A stretch of DNA of 51,988 bases, taken from Phoronis australis (lineage: Eukaryota; Animalia; Phoronida). The stretch lies in NCBI GenBank assembly GCA_002633005.1, contig NMRA01000430.1, forward strand, positions 341,363-393,350, written 5' to 3'. Made by a program: the position numbers and the translations under genes. A model generated the notes under the pieces. It was not told the origin of the DNA, ran no database searches, and worked only from the letters and a program-made list of their open reading frames with translations. Shown piece by piece: positions 13,001 to 23,949 of the stretch (within the stretch, counting starts at the first letter, position 1; each line of letters opens with the position of its first letter).

Positions 13001-13582
13001 CCCAGACGGACGGTTGGACGGAGATGACGGCATCATACGTCCACATATAAATATAAGGGCGCATAAAAATTCATCAGATATTTTCACACAATACTCAAAA
13101 ACAGGCACTTTTGACAAGTAAGATACCCATCTTAAGTTCATCTTGTTCTTATCTCTGAAATGTGAACAGAAGTAGCAGTGGAAGACACTGGCTGACCACT
13201 TCCCATCATTAGACCATTTTAAGCCAGATAATCACTTTTTATCAGCTACTCATTTGAAAGTTAAGTTAGTATTTCAGAGCACGTGTTTTCTGTAAATTTG
13301 AAGCAGTTTTGACTCATGGATTTGGGATCATAGCTAAACTGGAGATACTTAAAAAGTCAAAAGAAAATGACTAGGATTTGAAATCAAACCTTGAAATGCC
13401 CAATGACTTAACTAAAAGCATTACTGAATTGAACCGGACAGTTTGAAGTCAATAAATAGTTAGTTGTAATGGTAACCAAATACCAACTTACAGAACTCAG
13501 CGATGTAATATGAAACTTCATAGTTTGCTTCGCACCAGTCCAGTGTAGATGAGGGATTACCCCAAAAGCCGACTGAGGCCAT
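4016..13582 (-). CDS. ACER3: Alkaline ceramidase 3-like gene (CREST superfamily 7TM Zn hydrolase); span of 10 coding exons, last exon not found in window
   Basis: Manual splicing with GT-AG boundaries and consistent phases gives MASVGFWGNPSSTLDWCEANYEVSYYIAEFWNTISNVFMIGLAGIGAIFSYLKGYESKNTLSFISLMCVGLGSWLFHMTLLYHFQLADELPMIWGSAVLIFALHEVNCPPGERSWLIQTVLFSYCLAVTVIYLSTRNALFFQTCYGVMVMTMVAYCIYIIKNFEHSKLLVASSLAVYGSGFLMWLIDYHYCHVLRSTRAAVSDPVQPVLQFHAWWHVCAGIGTYLGILFSIHARLAYLKRQPQLK. It contains the ACER motifs DWCExNY, AEFWNT, SxxxH, DELPM and HAWWH. Confidence 0.95.
4373..4737. repeat. 48-bp minisatellite, ~7.5 units, overlapping the 3' end and donor of ACER3 exon 9
   Basis: Same unit with alternating A/B variants (cttacctgaagagtatgccta / tttcacctgaagagaatgtcca). 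Confidence 0.93.
4695..4799 (-). CDS. ACER3: ACER3-like coding exon 9 (STRAAV...QFHAWWHVCAGIGTYLGILF)
   Basis: 105 nt, cgacag/gtaaga; HxxWH Zn ligands. Confidence 0.95.
4942..6000. mobile_element. Non-autonomous element with a terminal ~50-bp-stem hairpin and a second inverted repeat (Crypton-like architecture, family uncertain)
   Basis: Arms at ~4945-4995 and ~5010-5057 are reverse complements; ttatcccatacgcatcgaat (copy at 1791) pairs with attcaacgcgtatgggataa at ~5978-5997. Confidence 0.5.
6161..6262 (-). CDS. ACER3: ACER3-like coding exon 8 (NFEHSK...GFLMWLIDYHYCHVL)
   Basis: 102 nt, ttgtag/gtaatg; GFxxWxIDxxxC motif. Confidence 0.93.
6817..7542. mobile_element. PIF/Harbinger-like MITE
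   Basis: Imperfect TIRs gggcccgtttc / gaaactggcac flanked by ctg and cag (CWG-type site); subterminal ttaag-rich repeats. Confidence 0.5.
7547..7605. repeat. 22-bp tandem repeat, ~2.7 copies
   Basis: aaacacgtctgcaggcgccagg repeated. Confidence 0.9.
8040..8095 (-). CDS. ACER3: ACER3-like coding exon 7 (TCYGVMVMTMVAYCIYII)
   Basis: 56 nt, tttcag/gtaagt, hydrophobic TM-like segment. Confidence 0.9.
8250..8667. mobile_element. Degenerate MITE-like inverted-repeat element
   Basis: ctagtgcaacataccccactt (8341) is an inverted match to aagtggggtaagttgcattag (8605); internal aacaagtt / aacttg repeats. Confidence 0.35.
8866..8901 (-). CDS. ACER3: ACER3-like coding exon 6 (IYLSTRNALFFQ)
   Basis: 36 nt, ttacag/gtaatg, phase 0-0. 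Confidence 0.9.
9352..9433 (-). CDS. ACER3: ACER3-like coding exon 5 (HEVNCPPGERSW...AVTV)
   Basis: 82 nt, ctacag/gtaggt, phase 2 to 0. Confidence 0.9.
10007..10059 (-). CDS. ACER3: ACER3-like coding exon 4 (LADELPMIWGSAVLIFA)
   Basis: 53 nt, tttcag/gtaagt; DELPM motif. Confidence 0.95.
10130..10465. repeat. Degenerate tandem repeat filling most of the intron between ACER3 exons 3 and 4
   Basis: Recurrent gttcaaa..gctggctcaaacagtg...cactgatgtagctaagtaaaac, ~4 copies at ~80-bp spacing. Confidence 0.75.
10471..10523 (-). CDS. ACER3: ACER3-like coding exon 3 (VGLGSWLFHMTLLYHFQ)
   Basis: 53 nt, ttacag/gtaagt; carries the SxxxH Zn-ligand motif. Confidence 0.95.
10978..11088 (-). CDS. ACER3: ACER3-like coding exon 2 (WNTISNVFMI...FISLM)
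   Basis: ttacag acceptor, gtaagt donor, 111 nt, phase fits flanking exons. Confidence 0.95.
11793..13069 (-). mobile_element. Apparently full-length HINE/DINE-1-like Helentron derivative
   Basis: Minus strand: 5' ttttatgcgccc subTIR, ccgtc/cgtctg microsatellite-like tract, ~140-bp tandem units, 3' gggcgcat subTIR, then hairpin caacactccgcgttg and ctcttgtt. Confidence 0.75.
13492..13582 (-). CDS. ACER3: ACER3-like coding exon 1 (MASVGFWG...YIAEF)
   Basis: ATG at 13582, 4 nt after a tttttcag acceptor (implies an upstream non-coding exon); ends at gtaagt donor; 91 nt coding. Confidence 0.95.
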
Positions 13583-14499
13583 TTTTCTGAAAAAAACAAC
13601 AACAGTATAATAGAGCTAGGAATCAATAAGAACTGGTTCCCAGAATAGGCACCAAAGAGGAAACCACAACTTCAACTGCAAAGTGTAGATTTGGTTCTTC
13701 AATGAAACAAAACATGTCAAACACCGCCAGATCAAGACAGAAAACAATTTCAACAAAAACTGATCATCACATTGGCGACAAAAACATTGTCAAAAAGGAC
13801 TGGCTAGCCTTTCTAATCTTGGGCTACCTCAAACAAATTGTAATGGTTGAAACCAAATGCTATTAAAACATTAAGGGAAAATAGTTTTAAGGGTTAACAA
13901 GCTTCCCAATTTTCATGATATTGGGAAAGATATGAAGCGTTAAACCCATTACTTGACATGAGGGCAATTCTAATCCTAATACACAAAAACACTCCAAATA
14001 AGGACATTATCAAAATATAGTGTTTATGTCTTCTTTTCTACCATCAAACCACAAGCACAGATGGTCAGAAATTCTTGACTTCCTTTGTCAACTTCCATGA
14101 GCTGAGGTTCCCAAACATCAGTTCAGGAAAAACTCTCAGTGCATTCATTGGAAATATATGAAGAAAAAACATAACAAACAAGTTTTCCATTAATTCAAAA
14201 TTCATTTGTTACTATAATTAAAATATCCTTAGTTGCAAATAAAAACACTCATTCACACAATAAGGTACCAAGTTAAGCACAGGACAGATCACGGCTGAAA
14301 CAGCTGATCTCCGCAATGTAACAACAAATAGGTGTTGAGTTCCGCCATGAAATACACTTGACAACAAAATTATGATGCAATATTGATGTAACTATGCCTG
14401 GTATTTTTTCATCCATTCATCAAAAAATACTGCTGACACACAGAATTTCGTTTTGTTAAATTTCTAAATAACGTATTAAAGAAAACTAATTTCATTAAA

Positions 14500-14846
14500 A
14501 ACATGTGGAAGTGGGTACAGTATGATTGAAACAACAATTGACAGTCTGTACAAAATGTGTGAAACAGCACATGACATTTTGTACTGTATGGATAGATGTG
14601 TGAAACAGCACTTGATAGTTAGTACTGAATAGAAGTGTGAAACAGCACCAATTGTACCGCATAGATGCGTGTGAAGCAAAACTTGACAGTTTGTACTGTA
14701 TAATAGATAGATGTGTGAAACTGGTTTGGAAAATTACATATTTATATTAAAGTACTTGATAGTTTGTACTGTACAGATGTGTGAAACAACACTTGATAGT
14801 CTGTATAGTACAGATATGTGAAACAACTTGTGTGAAACAACACTTG
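14500..14846. repeat. ~38-40 bp minisatellite, ~8 degenerate units
   Basis: tgtgtgaaacagcacttgatagtttgtactgta repeated. Confidence 0.9.
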
Positions 14847-15796
14847 TTCATTGTTCATTAAGGTTATCTGGCACTTTAATAAGAGGCCTCAACTCTTTAA
14901 GTCAAATACGGAAAAAACTACGCTTTGTCAACCATTAAGTTTATACTTTCTGAAAGGACAGAGATAGAGGATTCTAAAAATATCCTTCTTACCAGTGTAT
15001 TTATTATTGTCACATGACCACGTTTATAAGTCACATTTTCACATGCAAGAGAGAGACATCCATAGCAAAATAACCCCACCTGTCCAGCCAATTAAACTAA
15101 AACTTTTTTAAACGAAAACTTTACGTTCCGTCTCAAAAACGCAGTTAGGAATCTGAACTACGTGAATAATCAAAAATTCCTGGTATCTCCGACATGTCCA
15201 CCAAGCGTCCAAATCAATTTGCCCATAGGCAAGTCTATTTGCAAGTGATTTGGATAGGCTTAAATCGATTGTACATCACACATGGAAGTCACGTGATATA
15301 TAGTCCCCTTATGCAGAACAGGAGCGCCTCCTGGAAACAGATCTCAGCAACATTCCAGGCATCCTGGAATTTGCCTTCAGCAACACTACCCTATATCATT
15401 AACTTTGCCCAGCAGCGATGTTCTTCCAGTATTTTAGATCCACTACCATAGACCAGGGTGACACCCTCTCCATCCACCATTTGGAAGCATTACATACCTA
15501 CATCACAGGGTTTTGTGGGTCTCGCCCGTAGTTGGGCGCCAGTGTTGAAAAATCCATCATTACTGAAACTTGTACCTGAAATCTCTAACATGTGAGCCCA
15601 GCATCCAAACCGATTGGCCAATCTGTTGTTCTTTCATGAGGCTGCGTACACGTCACAACAAATTATCGGAACTACGTTTCACTTCATGATACCGGCAAAC
15701 CGAATTTCAAAACAAATTTTGCTGCTACAAATTTGTCATCATCTCCTGAGAGATGTCGCAAAAATTTAAGAAATGGTGCATAAGCGTCAACAGTGG

Positions 15797-18272
15797 CAGG
15801 GTTAAGTGCCAACGCCCATTTTAAAATGTGTCGATGTAATTGACACATTTCACTTCGCGAGGGAAACTCGCCGAAACTTCTTGATCATCACACAGCTTGC
15901 ACCTGCACCACCCGGCGCTTTCAGTCGCCGGGTGGAACAACCGGTGTGCAAACCTTGAATCAGTCCTCCACCAACCTGGGGGTACTGGACTGCACCGTGA
16001 CGTACCTGCACTCCCCGTGTTCCACTACAGCCAGTACGGACGCTGCGGCCGGCGGCGATACATGTATAGCCATATGTGGACCGCGGCACTCCAACAGATA
16101 CACATGCAGGGACATGACTGCCAAGGAGGGGACCGCGACGATAAGCCCAGCCAAGTCAGGGCAGATCATCAACTGAAGACCTGACTTATATACCTTTTAG
16201 AAAGCAACATATATGAGCAATAACTAACACATTTCTGGGAACTTTGAAAAATTTCAAACACGTTTCTGAAAGCGACCCAAAAGGCCAGTAAACGACACAT
16301 TTCTGGGATGGCTTAGAATTTTTTTCACATATACTTGGGGACACAACTTGGGACTGTATTGTGACCAGGCGCTACCACTTGACTGCTGGCAAACAGGCAC
16401 ATATCGTCGGACATCTGCATGGCCAAGGGAACCGCGGCGGTTCACAGTAAGCGCGGCAGAGCCGGTGGCGGAACCCCGTCAGGAACTCTGGCGACCGCTG
16501 TCCAGTATGCCCGGGCTAACATCCGCTTGTTTGCTTACCTGGTATATCATATTTTCAAGGCCCCTTTCAGAAAGTGACACAAATGGCAGGTAAACGACAC
16601 ATTTCTCGGGACTCTGAAAATTTTTCAACGCAACGTTTCATAAAATGACACAAATGGCCAATAATTGACACATTTCTGGGGACTTAAAAATTTTAAAATG
16701 CAACATTTCTGAAACCGACATAATTGTCCGATAAACGGCACATTTCATTTCATAGACAATCAGCCGGAGAAATGGCATCGCAGCCCGGCCATCCCTGTTG
16801 ACTGTTAGTGAACGAGGCAGATCGTCGGATGGCCATGGGGACCGTGGCGGTTCACAGTAAGCACAGAGCTGGTTGTGGACCCCGACCAGGCATTCTGGCG
16901 AAGCTGTTCAATATGGCTAACATTCGCTTGTATGTTTGCTTGCCTGGTATGTAATATTTTCAGGGCTCCTTTCAGAAAGCTACACAAATGGCCGGTAAAC
17001 GACACATTTCTCAGGACTCGAGAAAAATTTTGAAGGCAACGTTTCTGAAAGCAACACAAAAGGCCGGTAAACGACACATTTCAAAGTCCCCAGGAATGCA
17101 TCAATTACCGGCCATTTGTGTCGCTTTCTAAAAGGAGCATTGAAAATATAACAAAGGCATGCACTAACGTTACGATGGTCACGGATACTAATTGACACGA
17201 CTGCGGACTGTATATCGCAACCGGGCGCTCCATGTCGACAGCAGGTAAACAGGCAGGTCATCAGATCTGCATGGCCGTGGGCACTGTGGCGATTCACGTG
17301 GACCCCGGCCAGGCACTCCGGCGACCACTGTTCAGTATTGCTAACATCCTCTTCAAGGTTCTTTTCAGAAAGCAAAATAAATGGCCGGTAAACGACACAT
17401 TTCAAAGTCCCCAGAAATGTGTCGTTTAATGAACAATTGTGACACTTTCTCAAAGGAGCCTTAAAAACGTACAACAGGGTCGAGTGCCAGGTCTCCCGCT
17501 TGACCAGGGTCACCGCCGGCTCTGTGATCGGTGAAACGTCGAGGCCCGTCAATTCTGTCTGCAGGCTCTGCGCTGACCGGGGCAAAGAGCTGTACAGTCC
17601 TCCATGACCCTGCAGATCTGGCCTTGATTGTCGGCGAAAGTTTCTAAGTCCGCAAAAATGTAACAAAGGTAAGCAAACGTAGCGGGGTCGAGTGCCACTG
17701 CGGTCTCTTGTGCTTGGCCGGGGTCGTCTGACCGCCAGCTCTGTGCTCGGAGAAACGCCTTAGTCCAGGCATAGTGGTCAAGTCGGCCGACAGGCTCAGT
17801 GCTGGCAGGTTACAAGGCGCTGTACAGTACCCCCAGGGTCTGCTGACCCGGCTCAATCATCCCAGTCCCCATGGCCATGTCTCAGTGTCCCAAGGCAACC
17901 CGAGCCGTCCTCATCACCAGTGGCTGACACGGTCCGTGGGAACGGTCGCGATGCCGAGTGCAGCTATAGTTGTATCCCTGCATATGGCATCTGAAGCGCA
18001 GCCGTCCACATATGGCCACATCCGCTGTCCTGCGACCTCCGTACTAGCGGCAGTTGGGGAACGCATGGTCACGTACCCATTACCCCAGGCTCAGGTTGGC
18101 GGAGAACTGACTGGGAGGTTTGGGCACCCGTTGTCCTGCCCCTGGAAAGTGCATGCCAGTACAGGTGACCATGGGGGTGATGAACAGGAAGATTCCGCGG
18201 GTCTCCCTCGTGAAACGAAATGCGTCGATTACATCAAAACCTTTTAAAATGCTAGTTTTTACTTTACCCTAT
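15797..18272. mobile_element. Foldback-like element: diverged ~350-bp GC-rich inverted arms around modular internal repeats
   Basis: 15797-16140 aligns by eye to the reverse complement of 17940-18272; the motif gaaagcgacacaaatggccggtaaacgacacattt recurs many times, in both orientations. Confidence 0.65.
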
Positions 18273-19566
18273 TACCATATCGTAAGTGTGTCATGAGCGT
18301 ACTGTTTCCAAAAGGTTTATGACTGTTGATACAAGTTTCACGGCAAGGTGACGAGCAAAACTACCTGAGCTGTATGCAATTTCGAGGTCTGTTGGCGATT
18401 AACACACAGTGGCACCTAGCTGTATTTTGACGATACTCTACACTCATACACTAGACTAGATTAGTAGATACAGCTGACTGGCTATTAGTATTATTGGCTA
18501 GCAGATGTTCACAAAAGTAAATTGGCTTGCAGAACCCTTATAAAGACCAACACGTTATACTGTTAGGAAGCAGCCCTTACCAGAGGAACCCAAAGGGAAA
18601 ATCAGAAATACAATGTTATATCCATCAGCGAATCGTCATTTATCAGTTGATTGCTGGCTACGTTATTCACGGTGCTAATGAATTTCAGTTTCAGGGTTTA
18701 AGAGTCCTCTATCGTCAAAAAGATGTACTTTTGGTAAACACATAAATTTTTGTTTTCGTATTTTGTTTTTCACGAGTACATATGCCAAAATTAAAAAATA
18801 AAATCTTAATTAAAAATTACTCCATGCTGCATCTTTCTACCGCAATTAAAAACCCCGTTAAGTTAAAAAGTTTTTGTTTTGTGCCAATGTGTTGAACTTG
18901 TAGTTTTCGATTGCGATAATAGGTGGTTTTGGGATTTCCGGTTGTCAATCAACCACATGATTCTCACCTGACCGTTCACACAATAAGAAGAAAGAGGATG
19001 ACAACTCACGTTTGTATAAGAATAGTCGTCGGCAGAGAGTGATTGCTGAACATTTTGGGTAAGCAAAGGGTGAATAAACAATGAAAAAATACTGTCAACC
19101 CTCAACCAGTATAATGGGAAACTTTCATTGTCAAGAAGGAATTTTTGTTGTTCACATGATGACCAAGCACTTGTCACTAACAGTGACTAACACTAGCAGA
19201 AGCTGGTCCTGGGGGAATTTCACCACGTCGGGAGAATTTGAGTGGCTGTTAGGTGTATAAAATGTCCTGATCAGGAGAATGTGCTTTCATTTACTTGAAA
19301 ATTGATTTTTTTATTCTCAGAAAATTGATTTGGTTAATGCCTTAATGGTGAATTTTGGTTCAAAAAAGGACATTTTAATAAGCTCTAGCCAGTCTGAGAG
19401 GTTTGTTGCTACTTGCTTTGAGTGTACATTGTTGTTTATTATCTACTATGATTGTTGACTTACAGTACAATCAGGTGATTGCCTTTAGCAAGAACTGAAA
19501 ATAAGTCATGATCATTCTGTCAAACCAAATCGACCTGGTCAATTTTTAATTATCGCAGTCAATTCT

Positions 19567-20150
19567 ACCCTTACAAAAATGATCTTAAGTTTTTCGATGA
19601 AAACTTAAGTTTTTGGAAGAAAAACCTAAGTTTAAAAAAGAAACTTAAATTTTTAAAACTTAAGTTTTTCATCAAAAACTTCAGTTTTTCAGCACCATTT
19701 TAAGTTTTTCAGAGAACTTAAGTTTTTTCAAGTATAAAACTTAAGTTTTCACAAATAAACTTAAACTTCAAGTAATTAAGCTTTTATGAAAACTTAAGTT
19801 TTTTGTGCCATCAAAACTTAAGTTTCTCTGATAACTTAAGTTTATCCCAAAACTTAAGTTTTTCCAATTATAAAAACTTAAATTTTCCTGACTTATTCTT
19901 AAGTTTTTCAAATAACTTAAGATTTTCGTCAAAAACTTCAGTTTTTCAGCACCATTTTAAGTTTTTCAGAGAACTTAAATTTTTTTCAAGTATGAAACTA
20001 AGTTTTCACAAATGAACTTAAACTTCAAGTAACTTAGTTTTTATGAAAACTTAAGTTTTTCGTACCAAAACTTAAGTTTTTCCAGTTGTAAAAACTTAAA
20101 TTTTTCTGAATTATTCTTGAGTTTTTCAAAAAACTTAAGTTTTCTGAAAA
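19567..20150 (+). repeat. Left end of CACTA/EnSpm-like element: TIR plus array of palindromic aaaacttaagtttt motifs with a 257-bp internal duplication
   Basis: ta|cccttacaaaaatgatcttaagttttt...; block starting at 19673 repeats at 19930. Confidence 0.7.
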
Positions 20151-22894
20151 TTATAAGGTTACTATGTGATCCATTCCGCTCAGTGTCTGAAGTCCAGTGT
20201 CCGTAAGTTGGGGTAGGTTTTTGCATACTGCCACTTAACAAATGTACAACAGTTTGTTTACGTTAATAGCTTTGCATTTGATTCACTGCAGTGATAATCC
20301 CTCTAGCTGTCTGTGAGTGGAATGTGCTTGAGTATTCGGTTATCTCAACTGTTGCATTTTTCTCATATAACTTTGATATTTAATTTTAAATTATCTTATC
20401 GTGACCACAACGGTATATTTTTGGTCAAAATCGACTCACAATTGCCAAAGATATGCCCTACATATCCATATTTAAACAAGGTACACATTCTGCATTACGG
20501 CATTTTCCCATTGCTCCCATCTTGTTGGATTCTAGAGCCCAACAACAAGTTGGGAAGATGACCCCTGTAGCCAATATCATACACAACTGATTAATTCCAT
20601 TCTGGCATTTATGGTCGGAGGGCCAGCTCTCTTTTGTTCGATAATTGCCCTAATCTCCAATAAGATGGTATCTAGCCTGACTAGGCTGTGCTGTTAAAAG
20701 TAAAAGTTAAGTTATAACATATTTGAACATAAACCTATAGCATTTCTGAAATCCTCGTCAAATGGTGATCATGTTTAGTTTTTGAATCGCCAAAATTGCC
20801 CAACTGCAACCAAAGTTACGATAATCTATTCTTTCTGAACGTACCAGATGTTATCACATGCTCACAACACTCTATGTCTGGTGCAGTATCTGAACGGGAA
20901 AACGCCGTCATGCGTGGAATGCGTGTAAAGTTAATGTGCACTACATTTCGTTTAATTGCCCTGGGCTTTAGAGTGATTTTTTAAATTGTCACAACAAGAC
21001 TTTGTTGTGTAACCATCTGCTTTCCAGAAAATCTTATGCGTTACTGAGCATGCACAAATTCGACTTTCCGAATAAAGAAGTAAAGGAATCCTTCAATACT
21101 TGGAATTTTCTGTTGTGGGACCCCTGATAGTATAAATAAAATTGTAACACAATGCACGCATCACTACTGAGAAACAAAGCTAGCAGTGCAGATGTGCCAC
21201 ACTCTCTGCACACTTTAAAACAGTTCCATTGAATGTCTGTGACCTTGCATACAGATGTTTTCATGCTGGGTCTTAGTTAACAGTTGTATAAACAAACTAC
21301 CCTATATTGGACTGAGCTCAGACCCTCACGAAATGAAAATTACGTTTTCAAGTTTTGAAAGTTTGAATATTGTTACATATTTGATTTTTATTGTTCGAAG
21401 TTTTACTAATTTCTCCAACAAAAAATTCTTGTTTGCCTATGCAAAACCCATTATATAATAAATATGCATACATGTAAAATGGACGAATTTGTTGCCCCGA
21501 ATGTTTCCTTATCATTTGTACAAACCATAAAACAACGAACGTTTTATGGGTTCAAAGAATTAACTGCGATTTGTCATATCGCAGGTCTTTGTCAATTTAA
21601 ATAAAATTTGAATATGGATGACCATCCGGTGACCAAGAGCGGTATAAATGCACCCAATGTTCAACCCATGAGATTCTTAACGGATCAGTATATTGTAATC
21701 AATAGCACTCACGCAATTCTTAAAGAAACGTAGTTTTCGTCCAAGTTTCCTTTCTGCTGAGTTGTGTTCGTAAGGCAGTCGTTAGAATTTTATAACCAAC
21801 GGTCAGCTTCGAAGAAAACGATGTTTGTCGGCTAGCCCACAACAATTAAGTTTATAAAACTGTTTGCGAAGCCTACAAGATGACTTATGTTCAGGAGTTG
21901 TGGAAGTCAGGTAAGTGCCAGAGAGCGGCCTTAAATCGATTGGCGACACTCGGTGCAGCGATTGATATTCAATGTATAAAGTGCAGTTGTTATTGTCATC
22001 CACTCACGCTGTCAAATGCCAACGTGGACTGTAATCGGTGTGTGGATAATTATCTAATGTTATTATTCTAAGGTGTGATATACTGCCTGTGGTCCATGAG
22101 TAAGTCATAATATTCAGGTAAGGCTACTACTCTATTATGTACATTTCTGTTGTCTTTGAGGTTGTGTCACTGAACATCAATGCAAAGGAGTGGGAAGCTC
22201 CCAAAATGTAATCGTTTTGCATTGGTTTTGTGTGCTCATATGTCTTTGTGTTCGTTGCAATTCCTGGAAGCCGATTTTGAAATCAACAAGTTACAAGCTT
22301 CACTTGCCTGCTTCTCAAAATTAGGAATCACAAAATGTAACTATTGTATTGATCTCAGTAACTTTTTCGTCATTTAGTTTTCTCTACCTGTTTTGACCGA
22401 TTGCTCAGGTTTGTCGGAAGGATCTAGGTTGTTGAATATGAAAGGACATCCCACTACTAGTACCCTATGGAATACCCACGGAATAGGTCACAATGTACCC
22501 AAGTGAACTCTCACCAGTCAACATGTTAACTATTGTTACGCACTGTAAAACTTGCTATAACTCTGATCTAACTGAACCAAATTATTTCATGCAAATAACG
22601 AATATCTGCCTGATCTGAGTGAGGGGCTGAGTACATGATTTTGAATTTTTACCGGGCTCTGGAATACTAGTACACACTGAGGACCTAAAGTCATGAACAT
22701 AAGCACTAAGCCCGTTTGTGGGTGTACCCACCGATCTTTTTCAGTAACTGATTTTGTGGTGTAGTAAACATGATTGAATCCTCACAAATGCTTAACTACA
22801 CTCACAGTTAAAACTCATTTTCAATCCATAGTCATAAGTTTTTGCAAGACATGAAAACTCCGGCCATTTTCTTTGAGGCCCTAAAGTTGTCTTA

Positions 22895-23478
22895 CTGGTT
22901 CTCTGCATGCAGCTAGGTTGTAGCCAGCATGCAGGAAGCAGGCAGTAGCACGCGCTTTATCATTGGTTGATGTATTCTCGGCAGCAGTCTTTGGTTAGCT
23001 TTAGAACAAAGTGAGAAAATGGCGGACTATGAACGATTTTTAGCCTTGTCATGCAAGTGACGTAGCAGCAACTATTTGGTTTCTGCCTAATGTTTAATAG
23101 CCGCGTGCTTGAAGCGCATATATTTACAATAAACACGCCTTCATTTGGCCGATTTAACTTGTGTGTTATTCACACTGTATAAATACAGGACAGCAACGTT
23201 AACAAAAGTCAGCGACAGTAGAAATATGCACTCCGAAAAGGCGCAACCACAATTTTCTGGGATTCACATTTCTTGAACATGAATTTTAAGCACCGATTTG
23301 TCTGTACAACAGACCACGTTTACACTTCCTCCACCAGTCATGCCAGTTTGTTTGCGTAAAGCGCTGCCTGTTAAGAATACGATCAGCCAATCAGAAATGC
23401 CGGCGTAAAAAAATTTTCCGAGGAAAATTAAGTGATACGTGCGTGCTGCCTACCACCTAGAGGCACGTAGGGAACCAG
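22895..23478. mobile_element. MITE with ~40-bp imperfect TIRs
   Basis: ctggttctctgcatgcagctaggttgtagccagcatgca versus reverse complement of the right end ctggttccctacgtgcctctaggtggtaggcagcacgca. Confidence 0.6.
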
Positions 23479-23949
23479 CGAGTAAAGTCGTTACCGTGTC
23501 GCCCTCATTCTTGTAGACGGGAAAACAGAATGAGGCCAATCAAAATTGTGATTTTTGTAAGCAAGTTTAGATAAGAAAAAAGACCGTTTATAGTTGTTAA
23601 TAATTAAGTTTTAATTAAACCAGTTCACATGAAATAACCAACAATAAACTTTTGTATGGTCAGTCTCTTTTAAGCACAATAAAAAATAGCTTACTAGATA
23701 TTTAATAAATAAAATGTGAAATATTTTATGTGAGATTTAAATTTCAAACTACAACAATCATTAAACTGATTAAGTTTTCAGCATGTTAAGCACAGCCGAT
23801 TGTAGTTATCACTCGTTATTCTTCTTGGAGCTGGCTTTGACGGCATGGCACGTTATGACAGGGGCAGAAAAATCTGTCGTGTCGTCTTGGTGCTGTCACA
23901 TCATATCAAAACCTTAGGTGAGACCAATGACTGCAGTCTTGGAATTCAC

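Noticed and set aside
16200-17460. CRISPR-like appearance of a recurring ~35-bp motif
   Set aside because: Eukaryotic context, irregular spacing, degenerate repeats, spacers that are themselves repeats, and no cas genes.
16980-18247. Longest ORFs in the track (228 aa and 157 aa)
   Set aside because: They lie in a GC-rich repeat/foldback, have no recognisable domain, and open frames occur on both strands as expected from stop-poor sequence.
22860-23545. Promoter-like cluster (YY1-like aaaatggcgg, CCAAT, tgacgt)
   Set aside because: Most motifs lie inside a MITE delimited by TIRs at 22895 and 23478; there is no independent evidence of a transcription start.
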